Shown: piece after piece, positions 1-12,489 of the stretch
How the letters are laid out: every line of letters begins with the position of its first letter
How positions within the stretch are numbered: the stretch's first letter is position 1
From: Octopus vulgaris
Lineage: Eukaryota
Direction: 5' to 3'
Length of the DNA: 64,000 nucleotides
Assembly: GCA_951406725.2 (NCBI GenBank)
Contig: OX597827.1
Location: 72,292,001 to 72,356,000, forward strand
Notes under the pieces: generated by a model
Seen by the model: the letters and a program-made list of their open reading frames with translations, nothing else
Told to the model about the DNA's origin: nothing
The model's database searches: none
Position numbers and translations under genes: made by a program

Positions 1-284
1 TTCACACTGTTCTAGCCTTACCCACGATCCTTTATACAATATATATATATAATTATGATAATAAGGGTTTTTTGCAACAAGTTGCTTAAACCACATACTG
101 AAAATATTAGAAATAGCAGTCAAAGGGCTACTATTTCTTTTACTACAAAAATTAGTCTCCACAAACAACAGTATTTGTAACTCACATACCGAAATACTAC
201 TAGGTGAAATTTATTGATTTTATTAAATTAATTATATTTCACCCTTTATCTGTATATATATATATATATAGATATAGATATATA

Positions 285-430
285 GTTGAAATTTACAGGA
301 AAACAAAAGACGAAGACAGGTGGATAAACAACAAGCGGGTGCATTAGTCTGATGCCCAGCAAAGTGAGAAAGTCTTTTATGTTTCGAGCCTATGCTCTTC
401 AACAGAAAGGAATAAGAGAAAATAAACAGA
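285..430 (-). mobile_element. Penelope-like pLTR fragment (family B) with degenerate hammerhead-like motif
   Basis: Minus strand reads ctgttgaAGAGC-atag-GCTC-GAAAC. Homologous copies at ~25710-25840 (-) and ~44685-44795 (+). Lies next to (TA)n. Confidence 0.5.
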
Positions 431-1052
431 GAGAGAATAAAAAAACTTGTGGATTGAGCGATCATATATATATATATATATATCTATATATATGGAAAAA
501 AAGAAACTGAAAGAAGCCTGTTGTATTTGTGTGTGTGTTTGTGTTTGTGTGTCTGTGTTTGTCTCCCCACCATCACTTGATGACTGATGTTGGTGTGTTT
601 ATGTCCCCGTAACCTAGTGGTTTGGTAAAAGAGGCCGATAGAATAAGCACTTGGTTTACAAAAAATAAGTCCCAGGGTTGATTTGTTCAACTAAGAAGGC
701 GGTGCTCCAGCATGGCCACAGTCAAATGACTGAAACAAATAAACGAATATATATATATATATATGTACAAACATGCACACACACACAGAGATATATATCA
801 CTTATTTTTAAAAGTTCCGTACTTACATTGTTTTTTTTTCATCTGAAATAAAGCAAAAAATTACAGTCATTATCACGTACCAATAATTAAAAAAAAATAT
901 AGTTATCAAATGAGTGAATTATTAATGATTAAAGATTAAGAGAAAAAGTCATATCTTGAAGAGAGGAGACATGTCATTGATGGGGTCAAGAATAATGACA
1001 AAAGAATTTTGACAAACAAATGACTGATTGCATGAGCCACACATTAAACAAA

Positions 1053-1370
1053 CGCAGGAGTGGCTGTGTGGTAAGTAGCTTGTTTACTTACTTGTTTCAG
1101 ACGGAAACTGAAAGAAGCCTGTCGTATATATGTATATATATATATATGTATGTGTGTGTCTTTGTGTCTGTGTTTGTCCCCCTAGCATTGCTTGACAACC
1201 GATGCTGGTGTGTTTATGTCCCCGTTACTTAGCGGTTCGGCAAAAGAGACCGATAGAATAAGTACTGGGCTTACAAAAGAATAGGTCCCAGGGTCGAGTT
1301 GCTCGATTAAAGGCGGTGCTCCAGCATGGCCGCAGTCAGATGACTGAAACCAGTAAAAGAGTAAAAGAGT
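1053..1370 (+). mobile_element. tRNA-derived SINE family A (internally deleted)
   Basis: Head cgcaggagtggctgtgtggtaag, internal (TA)/(TG) tract, tail actgaaac..gtaaaagagtaaaagag. More than 15 copies or fragments in the window. Confidence 0.85.
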
Positions 1371-1513
1371 AATTGACTAATTAGTCAATTAAATATTTAA
1401 CCAATTGACTAACAATAAAGAAGTGATATTGAACCAGTGTTTGTGTTTATTATTATTGGCATAATGATACTCCCAAGGTACCACAATATCCATAGCTTAT
1501 TCTGCCATGTATT

Positions 1514-1735
1514 GAACCCTTTTGATACCAACCTGCTTGAAACTGCTCCTGGTTCTATGATACAAACTCTGTTTTGAAGTCTAAATTAAAACCTTCCATC
1601 AAAATTTCATTAATAATGAAATAATAATCAGCTTGATAATGAGAAAATTATTTCTCTGTATTCTTCATTATTTTTGGAATTAAGTGAAAAGAAAAATGTG
1701 TATTTTAATAAAAATATGATAATAAAAAGGATTAA
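1514..1735 (+). mobile_element. piggyBac-type MITE (degenerate)
   Basis: aacccttttgataccaacc...aaaaggattaa; same family as 58719-59193 and 44255-44684. Confidence 0.6.
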
Positions 1736-1807
1736 TAATGAAACCTACAATATGGATTAAAAGATTATAAATTACTGTAAGTTGATTTTTGAAATTCATA
1801 CAGTTTA

Positions 1808-2280
1808 TCATCATCATCATCATCATTGCTTAACATCCACTTTCCATGCTAGCATGGGTTGGACGATTTGACTGAGGACTGGCGAACCAGATGGCTGCAC
1901 CAGGCTCCAATCTGATCTGGCAGAGTTTCTACAGCTGGTTGCCCTTCCTAATGCCAACCACTCCGAGAGTGTAGTGGGTGCTTTTACATGCCACCGGCAT
2001 GTGGGCCAGTCAGATGGTACTGGCAACGGCTACACTCAAACGGTGGTTTTTATGTGCCACCTGCACAGGAGCCAGTCCAGCGGCACTGGCAATGCCCTCG
2101 CTTGAATGTTTTTTCACGTGCCACTGGCACAAGTGCCAGTAAGGCGACACTGGTAATGATCACGTTCGAATGGTGCCTTTTATGTGTCACTGGGATGAAA
2201 GCCAGTTAGCTGCTCTGGCAATGATCATGTTCGGATGGTGCTCTTAGCATCCACTGGCATGGATGCCAGTCATCGAATTT
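1808..2280 (-). mobile_element. SINE family C with (GAT)n tail and internal ~60-bp tandem units
   Basis: (CAT)n followed by ttccatgctagcatgggttggacg...gcccttcctaatgccaacc, then about 5 units of gtgccac(c/t)ggca. Homologs at 57490-57830, 59245-59665 and 59730-60057. Confidence 0.8.
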
Positions 2281-2542
2281 GATTTCGATTTGAATGTGTA
2301 AAAAAAAAAATAGAAGTAAGTTTTCACAATCAATATAAGAGTGAATGTAAATTGATCTTAAAAATCAATATGAAGAAAAACTAATATATTCTAATCTTAG
2401 AAAACAACAGAAGTCAATCTTAGAACTCAGTATAGTTTGATCTTAGAAGATAATATAAATCAATTACAGAGATGTACTTGCATAGCAAGTGACTTGATCT
2501 GAGAACGTGTACTGAAACAAAAACAATTGCAGTGTGGACCGT

Positions 2543-2793
2543 ATTTATAAGCCATTTAAAAAAACACACAAAAACCATTAGATTCACTTCAACATTTAAA
2601 TTTTAATTTGTCAAAATATTTTCGTCACTTTTTCAACCGCAACCTGTTTGCTGAGAAAATTCCGAGATGCAGCATGCAATTTTCTCAGTGAACAGGTTGC
2701 GGTTTGAAAGCGACGAAAATATTTTGACAAATTAAATTTAAATGCTGAAGAGAATCTAGTGGCTTTTGTGTGTTTTTTAAATGGCTCATAAAC
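2543..2793. repeat. Long inverted repeat (hairpin), ~118-bp arms
   Basis: 2543-2661 is the reverse complement of 2678-2793 (gccatttaaaaaaacacacaaaa.../...ttttgtgtgttttttaaatggc). Confidence 0.9.
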
Positions 2794-2860
2794 ACATCAT
2801 CATCATCATCATTTAGCGTCCGCTTTCCATGGTAGCATGGGTTGGACATGCTAGCAACAA

Positions 2861-2980
<120 letters not shown>

Positions 2981-2984
2981 GTAC

Positions 2985-3949
2985 AACGATGACGAAGGAA
3001 TTTCTACATGTGAAATAGCAGCTAAATTTCTTTCATACTGTGTCTTACAAATGAAAGGACATTAGAAAAAGTAGTCCTTGATACACTATGCCTGAATAAA
3101 AGACAGGATGATCACAGCTGGAATGTCTTTATCCTAAATCTGCTGGATTAAGGCTGCCTTGGGGGTGGGGGGCCAAATAACAACAACAACAACAACAACA
3201 ACAATAATAACAGCATGCAAACAAAGATCTAAATCAGTGGTTTCCAACCAGGGTTCAGAAGGCTCAAGGGGCCCATGTGGCTGTTGAGAGCCCATGTCCA
3301 ACACCTTCAATGTAAATCAATGTTGGTAATTATTATGTATTGATTTTAAGAACCAATATCATTTCCTAATAGTGATCAATATTCATTGGTATTGGAAAAC
3401 AATATAAGTTGATTTTAGGAAAAAATTGTGTTCGGGGTCTTTGGGTTGTAGAGTTGATTTATTGATTGGTTTAACAACATTGCCAGGACCCTAAGGTGCC
3501 TCTAGTTGGGGTTCATTTTGTTGTTAGTGTTCGTGATAGGGCACTGGTTCAAGGAGAACTTCCCCTTTCCTCACATCATCTCAGAGATGCTGAATAAACA
3601 AAGGATCAAGAGCATCAAGTTCCACTGTCTGTTTTGGCTTGGGTTTTTGTGGCTGGATGCCCTTCCTAATGCCAACCACTACAGAGGGGATTGGGTGCCT
3701 TTTACACGGCATCAGCACCGGCTTCAAAAGAAAAGGTAAGGGAGGGTCATTGCTGGAAAGCCTTTTGATAATAAGTCTGCTGGATTAGGACTGACCTAGG
3801 GTTAAACAATAACAACAGCAGCAGCAGCAGTAGCAACAGCAGCAGCAGCAGCAATAGCAACAGCAGCAATAGCAACAGCAGCAATAGCAACAGCAGCAGC
3901 AATAGCAACAGCAGCAGCAACAACAACAACAAAAACAACAACAACAACA

Positions 3950-4043
<94 letters not shown>

Positions 4044-4353
4044 CAACAACGACGACGAAGAAGGAATTTCTACATGTGAAATAGCAGCTAAATTTCTTTC
4101 ATACTGTGTCTTACAAATGAAAGGACATTAGAAAAAGTAGTCCTTGATACACTATGCCTGAATAAAAGACAGGATGATCACAGCTGGAATGTCTTTATCC
4201 TAAATCTGCTGGATCAAGGCTGCCTTGGGGGTGGGGGCCAAATAACAACAACAATAACAATAATAACAGCATGCAAACAAAGATCTAAATCAGTGGTTTC
4301 CAACCAGGGTCCATAAGGCTCAAGGGGCCCATGTGGTTGTTGAGAGCCCATGT
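2985..4353 (+). repeat. Local direct duplication (~310 bp: 2985-3297 and 4048-4353), each copy preceded by a CAA/CAG tract
   Basis: Near-identical gaaggaatttctacatgtgaaatagcagc...gttgagagcccatgt in both copies. Confidence 0.9.
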
Positions 4354-4455
4354 GGCCTTTGGGCATCTACATGGCCTTTATGGGTTCATTTGGCCCTCAG
4401 AGGTCTATATAAGATTTTGCTGTTAAAATTTATCTGCAATAAATTGGTTACACTT

Positions 4456-4604
4456 TTGTGTGGCAAGTAGCTTGCTTCCCAACCACATGGTTCCGGGTTC
4501 AGTCCCACTGCGTGGCACCTTGGGCAAGTTTCTTCTTCTATAGCCTTGGGCCAACCCAAGCCTTGTGAGTGGATTTGGTAGATGGAAACTGAAAGAAGCC
4601 CATC

Positions 4605-4639
<35 letters not shown>

Positions 4640-4860
4640 TGTGTGTGTGCATGTGTGTGTTTGTGTGTCTGTGTTTGTCCCCCCCACCATCACTTGACAA
4701 CTGATGTTGGTGTGTTTACATCCCTGTAACTTAGCAGTTCAGCAAAAGAGGTCGATAGAATAAGTACTAGGCTTACAAAGAATAAGTCCTGTGGTTGATT
4801 TGTTTGACTAAAGGCGGTGCTCTAGCATGGCCACAATCAAATGACTAATACAAGTAAAAA
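4456..4860 (+). mobile_element. SINE family A
   Basis: ggttccgggttcagtcccactgcgtggcaccttgggcaag...; matches the other family A copies. Confidence 0.85.
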
Positions 4861-5040
4861 AAAAAACACATTTTAACGACTTTTTTTTATACATTTCATA
4901 ATATTTAATTATAAAGGTACAAGAAGACCCTTTTTTAAAAAATATATATACAACAAATGACTATGTAGGTCCAGGAGAGTAAACTAAGAATTAAAGGAGT
5001 CCAGAGGTAAAAAAAAATGGTTGAGTACCACTGATCAAGT

Positions 5041-5745
5041 GGAGGCACATGGCGTAGTGTCGAGAGATCACGGGTTCAAATCTCAGACCGGGCGATGTGT
5101 GTGTTTATGAGTGAAACACCTAAGCTCCACGCGGATCCAACAGGAGGTAATGGCAAACTTCTGCTGACTCTTTCGCCACAGCTTTCTCTCACTCTTTCCT
5201 CCTGCATCTAGTAGCTCACCTGCGATGGACTGGCATCCCGTCCAGGTGGGGGGAACCTATACTCTTTACTCTCTCTTTTACTCTTTTACTTGTTTCAGTA
5301 ATTTGACTGCGGCTATGCTGGAGCACCGCCTTTAGTCGAGCAAATCGATCCCGGGACTTATTCTTTGTAAGCCCAGTACTTATTCTATCGGTCTCTTTTG
5401 CCGAACCGCTAAGTAACGGGGACGTAAACACACCAGCATCGGTTGTCAGGCAATGCTAGGGGGACAAACACAAACACACAAACATATACACACACACATA
5501 TATATATATATACATATATACGACAGGCTTCTTTCAGTTTCCGTCTGCCAAATCCACTCACAAGGCATTGGTCGGCCCGGGGCTATAGTAGAAGACACTT
5601 GCCCAAGATGCCACGCAGTGGGACTGAACCCGGAACCATGTGGTTGGTTAGCAAGCTACTTACCACACAGCCACTCCTGCGCCTATACACCAACAAAACC
5701 AGAAAAATCGGCCCTAATGAGCCAGGGATGGCTCGAGAAGGGAAC
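5041..5745 (+). mobile_element. tRNA-derived SINE family D with V-domain-like segment, interrupted by a family A SINE
   Basis: Head ggaggcacatggcgtagtg..ggttcaaatc; cctgcgatggactggcatcccgtccagg resembles the V-SINE domain; sequence resumes after 5683. Confidence 0.7.
5263..5683 (-). mobile_element. SINE family A, full length, nested in family D
   Basis: Reverse complement of the family A consensus; cctatac on both sides (possible TSD). Confidence 0.9.
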
Positions 5746-6199
5746 AAACAACAATGGTTTCAAATTTTCGCCACAAGGACAGCTTTTGGGAAGGGATTAA
5801 GCTGATTACATTGACCCCAGTGCGTAACTGGTACTTTATTTAATCGACCTCGAAAGGATGAAAGGCAAAGTTGACCTCGGCGGAATTTGAACTCAGAACG
5901 TTGCGGCAGTCAAAATACCGTTAAGTATTTCACCTGGTGTGCTAATGATGCTTCCACCTTGGAACAAACAGCAATGACACCATTGGTCAAGATGGTCACT
6001 TGATTTGCTAGAAGCAGCAGTCAAATCTCCCTCAAATCACACCATATGGTCTTCGAAACAGTAGACACATTAGATAATGTTGTGGAGGGAGGGAGGGAGG
6101 AAGAAGGGATGGGGCGGTCACAGTTCCGGAACACCCTTTGATTATAGTCTTTCTTCTTTGGTCAAGGCTGACCAGGGCTAAACAACATCAACAACAACA

Positions 6200-6660
6200 G
6201 CATGAACACCACCACCACCACCTCCTCCTCCTCCACCACCACTACCACCACTACCACCACCTCCCCCACCTCCACCACCAGCACCATACCACCACCACCA
6301 CAATCCACCACCACCACCATTACCATCACCACCACCACCATCACCATCACCATCACCACCACCACCACCACCACCACCACCACCACCACCACACCACCAC
6401 CACCACCACCACCACCACCACCACCACCACCACCACCACCACCACCACCACCACCACCACCACCACCACCGCCAACACCTCCACCACCACCGCCGCCACC
6501 ACTACCATCGCCACCACCACCACCTCCTCATCCACTACCACCACCACCATTATCCCCCCACCTCCACCACCAGCACCATACCACCACCACCACTACCCCC
6601 CCCCCCCCAGCACCATACCACCACTAGCACCACCACCACCACCACCACCACCTTCAACAC
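6200..6660. repeat. (CAC)n-type trinucleotide tract
   Basis: Direct reading. Confidence 0.95.
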
Positions 6661-6711
6661 ATACAAGAAGAGTTATTCTTTAATTGACAATACATTTATA
6701 AAAGAACTTAC

Positions 6712-7120
6712 CGGTGTCGGTATTTCTCCTGGTGGTACCTCTAGCGTTGCTGTTGGTGATGAATTCGGTTCTTGTGATGATGGTATCCCTGGTGCCTGTC
6801 GTGGTGGTAGTGGTGGTGTTGGTGGTACTGGTGGTGCTGGTGGTGGTTCTGGTTTGGACACTTGTAATAAAGGTACTCCTGATGATGGTGGTAGTGGTGG
6901 CGGTACTGGTATCTGTGGTGACGGTGCATCTTGTGTTGGCTCATGCTGTTCCATTTGTATCCCTGGTGTGAATACTAATGGAGACGGCATTACATGTGTT
7001 GGTGATGGCGGTATTAATACCTCTGGTGACGGTACTTCTGGGATTGGTATTTGTGCTATGGATACTTTTATCAATGGTCGACTGAGGTGTGGTACTGACT
7101 CCCCAAAGTCTTCCATCCTT
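6712..7120 (-). CDS. Candidate host coding exon, Pro-rich low-complexity protein segment (MEDFGESVPHLSRP...PPGEIPTP), identity unknown
   Basis: Minus-strand acceptor tgcttgtctttccAG at 7121, with an in-frame alternative tttcacAG 24 nt upstream. Consensus donor CCG|GTAAGT at 6711. Open frame of 136 codons. ATG at 7116 is in a strong Kozak context (AGGATGG). Confidence 0.6.
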
Positions 7121-7149
7121 CTGGAAAGACAAGCAGACGGACAACTGTG

Positions 7150-8168
7150 AAATATGTATAACCTTTAGTACAAACAGAACAGGGCTGAACACAGAGGGGA
7201 CAAAATACAAAGTAGAGCTTTTCTTTTTGAGAAGGAGAAAAAAAAAAAAGGGTCAGGTAGAATTTCGATCAAAAGAGATCGTGGAAAAATAAAAAGGCCG
7301 ATCAATAGGGATCGTGTATCACAGAAATGTCATAATGTATAAAGGGGAGACAGATTAGGTTTATCCGTGGAAAGAAAAGCCTACGGAAAAGACCACGGTA
7401 ACCTTGGGCAATACACGCAAAAAAACACATTACAGTAAGTGTCTCTCTTTTTTTCCCTTCTTTTTTTGGTTCATAGGATTATTCTCAAGGTGGCTCCGTC
7501 ATTCTCACTTGCCATCCTTGCTTCATTCACCCATCTTTTTGTGAAACATTCACTAGACAAAACTTCCCTCTCTACTCTCACCTTCCTCTTCAAGTGATAC
7601 TTGAAGTTGATGAGAGATTGACCAGAGAGGAAAGTGTTTGACTCTAGGGCTTTCAGATGCGACCACCATACACATTCTTTTGCCATAGCTACAAGTACGA
7701 TGAAAATGGCTCTTCTTTCCCGTTTCAAGGAAGGAGGCGCGATAATATTCATGATAGACTCGGTTGATAAACTGGCTCATCCTGCACGTGACAGCAGTCA
7801 TTCGACATAGGTCTACAAGTCGGAAATGGTGGGACACTGTACAAGTGCATGCAGAATGGTTTCGTCACTCTGACTGCATCTCGGGCAGGTTGGCCCTGTG
7901 TTTCTCAAGCCATGCTTGTAGATCTTATACCGAATGGGTAGTGCTTCTCAATAGCACTGCCAGGCCAGGGATCTCTGGAAATTGTCCCTAGGGCCTGGCC
8001 CAAAAGTCTTCTTGAACAGGCGGGTCAGGTATTCCTTGTCGACACCCAGGTCCGCCCTGAGATCATTGTTGTACCTCCCCTCCATTAATTCCCTATAGAA
8101 TGCTTTGGTTCTGCTGCAGTCATTCAGGGTCGACCCGGGATGGCATAGTTGCTTGAGAGCAATGCGAC
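7150..8168 (-). mobile_element. 5'-truncated Tx1/L1-type LINE (zf-RVT region plus 3' UTR), pseudogenised
   Basis: Minus translation ...DNFQRSLAWQCY*EALP..CPRCSQSDETILHALVQC.. (zf-RVT-like CCHC) ..AKECVWW..RWV, with in-frame stops. Its 3' UTR is homologous to 28010-28290. The 5' end abuts (GATA)n. Confidence 0.8.
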
Positions 8169-8258
<90 letters not shown>

Positions 8259-8477
8259 ACATAGGCAGACATGTAGAAATAGACAATTATGTAGATAGAT
8301 ACACAGACATATAGATATAGACAAACCTGTTGATAGATAGACACAAACAGATACATAGGTAGTTATATAGGTAGGCAGGCAGAGACAGACAGATAGATAG
8401 ACAAATAGATAGATAAAGAGAAAGACAGATAAAATACAGGTAAACAGACACACACACACACATATATATATATATAC

Positions 8478-8753
<276 letters not shown>

Positions 8754-8770
8754 TAGCTAGATAGATAGAT

Positions 8771-8836
<66 letters not shown>

Positions 8837-9882
8837 ATGGCAAATAGACAAACAGATTGACTATGCAGTATAAAATATTAATCAGAATTTGATATATCAA
8901 GCATATTTTATAAACGTTTACATCTGACATGATGACAGCTGATAACATATGCCCAACGTAGCAGTACAGTCCTTACTTTGTTCTAAACTCTACAGACCCG
9001 TGTTACAACATTCTCAACAAAAACTTACCAATTCAATGCTATTGAATATTTCTATTTGATATGGAAAATTCTCGTCACCTATTTGCTTCAGTGTGAATAT
9101 TTTTAACCACTCTCTATAACGTTCTTGTTACGCCATTTTTTTCTAATAAAAAAAAATAAAAGGTTTTCATTATTTAATGATTATTATTATTGTTATTTTT
9201 AATTAAAATCTGATAAAGGGTTAACGGGGAGGGGTTGGGTTTCGTTTGTGGTACTTTTGTTGTTTGAAGTGCATAAAAATGTAGTTTGTTTACACTTTGG
9301 AAGTTATAGCTGTTTCCCCTTTTCCGAAAATTTATGGGGAAACAAAGGATGTTATTTTAGGATACAGTTTATTAAGGATAAAAATAAAGTCCCAAAGCAA
9401 AAGACGTGGGTGTGTGTACAAAAGATGTGTACATACATACATACATACATACATACATACATACATACATACATACATACATACATACATACATACATAC
9501 ACTCATACATATATATATAATTTAAATATAGCCAAGAAACGCACATAGTCTATTTACTAATTATATACTATTTATTTATTATTTAGTACTTTATTTAGTT
9601 TTAGGTAATTATATTTTTCTATATGGTATGATTTAAGTATATCATTGTTAAATGGATTAATGGTGGTTCTTCTCTAATTTATATACATATAAATACATAC
9701 ATACATACATACACACATATCCCTCTCTCTCTCTGTATATATATATATATATATATATATAGATGTGTGTGTGTGCATATATATGTGTATGCATATATAT
9801 ATAGTGTAATAAATAAAATATATGCATACATACAAACATATATGTACGTACCTACATCTACATGTATATATACATGCATATA

Positions 9883-9918
<36 letters not shown>

Positions 9919-9920
9919 TG

Positions 9921-9954
<34 letters not shown>

Positions 9955-9973
9955 CATATATATATATATTATA

Positions 9974-10107
<134 letters not shown>

Positions 10108-10112
10108 CATAC

Positions 10113-10160
<48 letters not shown>

Positions 10161-10271
10161 CTGCAGTTAGAAACACACTAACCCCTATCAGTTTCTCATT
10201 TTAAAAAAAATTATTGTAAGGAAAATTGTATATAGATTCTGAATCTCTGATGTTTAGAAGATAGAGTGTTG

Positions 10272-10311
<40 letters not shown>

Positions 10312-10318
10312 GATTATG

Positions 10319-10351
<33 letters not shown>

Positions 10352-10554
10352 AACAAGATTCCTCTCTACTATAGGCACAAGGCCTGAAATTTCGTGGGAA
10401 GGAATAGTCCATTACATTGATCCCAGTGCGTAACTGGTACTTATTTTATCGGTCTCGATTTGATGAAAAGCAAGGAAGTCGTCCTCGGCAAAATGTGAAC
10501 TCAGTGCCAGAAGAAAGGTCGTTCTGTATTTCGTCCGGCGTGCTAACAATTCTT

Positions 10555-10940
10555 TTCTACTCTAGGCAGAAGGTCCAAAATTTTGGGGGAGGAGGGGGCA
10601 GTCGATTATATCGATCCCCAGTGCGTAACTGGTACTTATTTTATCGACTCCGAAAGGATGAAAGGCAAAGTCGACCTCGGTGGACTTTGAACTCAGAACG
10701 TAAAGACAGACGAAATATCTATTTCTTTATTGCCCACAAGGGGCTAAACATAGAGGGGACAAACAAGGACAGACAAAGGGATTAAGTCGATTAGATCGAC
10801 CCTAGTATGCAACTGGTACTTATTTTATCGACTCCGAAAGGATGAAAGGCAAAGTCGACCTCGGTGGACTTTGAACTCAGAATGTAAAGACAGACGAAAT
10901 ATCGCTAAGCGTTTCGCCCGGCGTGCTAACGTTTCTGCCA
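10555..10940 (-). mobile_element. tRNA-derived SINE family B', tandem dimer
   Basis: Two units of atcgac..cagtgcgtaactggtac..aaaggatgaaaggcaaagtcgacctcgg..gaactcagaac joined at ~10718. Confidence 0.85.
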
Positions 10941-12489
10941 TTAAAACCTATTCTAACAAGAACAAATGCCAACATTCGCTTCTGAATAAACATCTTAAAA
11001 GAATTCAAGAATTCTAAATGTCAATCCCTTATACTTATGAAGTCGCCAGTCCATCATGTTAAACAAAATTGTCACAGAAATGTTAAGAGGGCGTGATGAT
11101 TTTTTTCCTTTGGGAGACATTAGAAAAAATACGTAGGTAGATATAGAATGGGAAGCACCTGAAGGGTTTCTTTTTATTAAAGAATAATACGTTGGGAGTT
11201 GGGGTACATTGCAATCAAGGTAGAGTTTTGGAATGATTATCTGTACTTCGTGGGGGAAGAAACGAATATAGAATTGAACGAGGTTCCCCACAATCTTCTT
11301 TATATTTTAGTTTTCCTGCGTTTTCCATGTTTTTTGTAACAGAAATTACGATTCTGATCTTTTTTTTTTTTTCAAGTTAGATTTTACACATTTTTGGTCC
11401 TCAATTTCGCGCCCTTTTCTTTCCCCATAAGGTTGCGTTAGCCATTTCAAAAACTCCGATATAATCCTTAGGTTCAGAGTTGAATTTACTAACAGATTTG
11501 CCAGAAACGAAGCTTAGGGTCTCAAAATCTAGAGTACTTCAAGCAATATATAGAATTATATCTACTTGTGAGGACTGGATATAGTGAGGGCCCCCACAAG
11601 GGGAATAGTCCAGAAACACTCTTCATCTAAATCCAGTACTGCCTCGGTTCATAGACTTGAACGCAATTCCTCTAACAGAAATTTGGCAACACACATAAGA
11701 CCATTTTTGTGTCTAGAAAAGAGGAGTATTCTCTCAAAACTTTAAAATTCAAATAGCTGTAATTTTGTTTTTTTTTTTGTCTTTTGGGGGAGAGGTCCGG
11801 TGGATAGTTATCAAGGTTCTCCCTAGCTCTCCGGGCGCCGGACCGGTTTACCAGTTGAACCTCACTTGTTATAGGCCCTGTTGTCTTCGCTATGAACCAG
11901 CGCGAATTAAGAAATTATAGTCTGATCTCCAGAGAAACAACAGCGCCTGTGATGAGGGTACGAAATATCGACCACCTTCTTTTCGATATAATAACAAGAC
12001 ACATGTACTCCCTTCCCTCAATATTTCTCTTTTTTCTCTGTCTCTTTTATGAAGTTTTCAGTATAGGAAGCAATACAAAATAAAATAAAATGAAAAGGTG
12101 AAAACCGCTTTAAATACAAAGAAAAAAAAATTAGGTGCAGCAGTTTTTATGTAGCGATGGAAAACAATTTCAGTATGGCGGCATTCTGTCACTTACCTTC
12201 AGTATTAGCTACTTCAGAAGGTCAAAAATATATAGTCTGAACTCCTTAACTACACTCTATAGTAATTCTTTTGTGTTACACATCTAGTAACGTCAGATGT
12301 AATACAATGTTGAAGCCTTTCCTAAAATATCTATGGGAAAGATGTTTTATTTTTAAAGATATGAGTGAAAGCGCTGTGAATTCTGAAAAAACCTGTATGA
12401 AAGTAATTTCTGTTCGTTTGATAATTCATTTGTTCGACGCCCTTGTGTAAGCAATTAATTAAATTAGTTGTTTTGTATAATTAATATTT

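Noticed and set aside
6854-7150. Plus-strand Gly/Cys/Asp-rich ORF
   Set aside because: Antisense shadow of the Pro-rich exon; the splice signals are on the minus strand.
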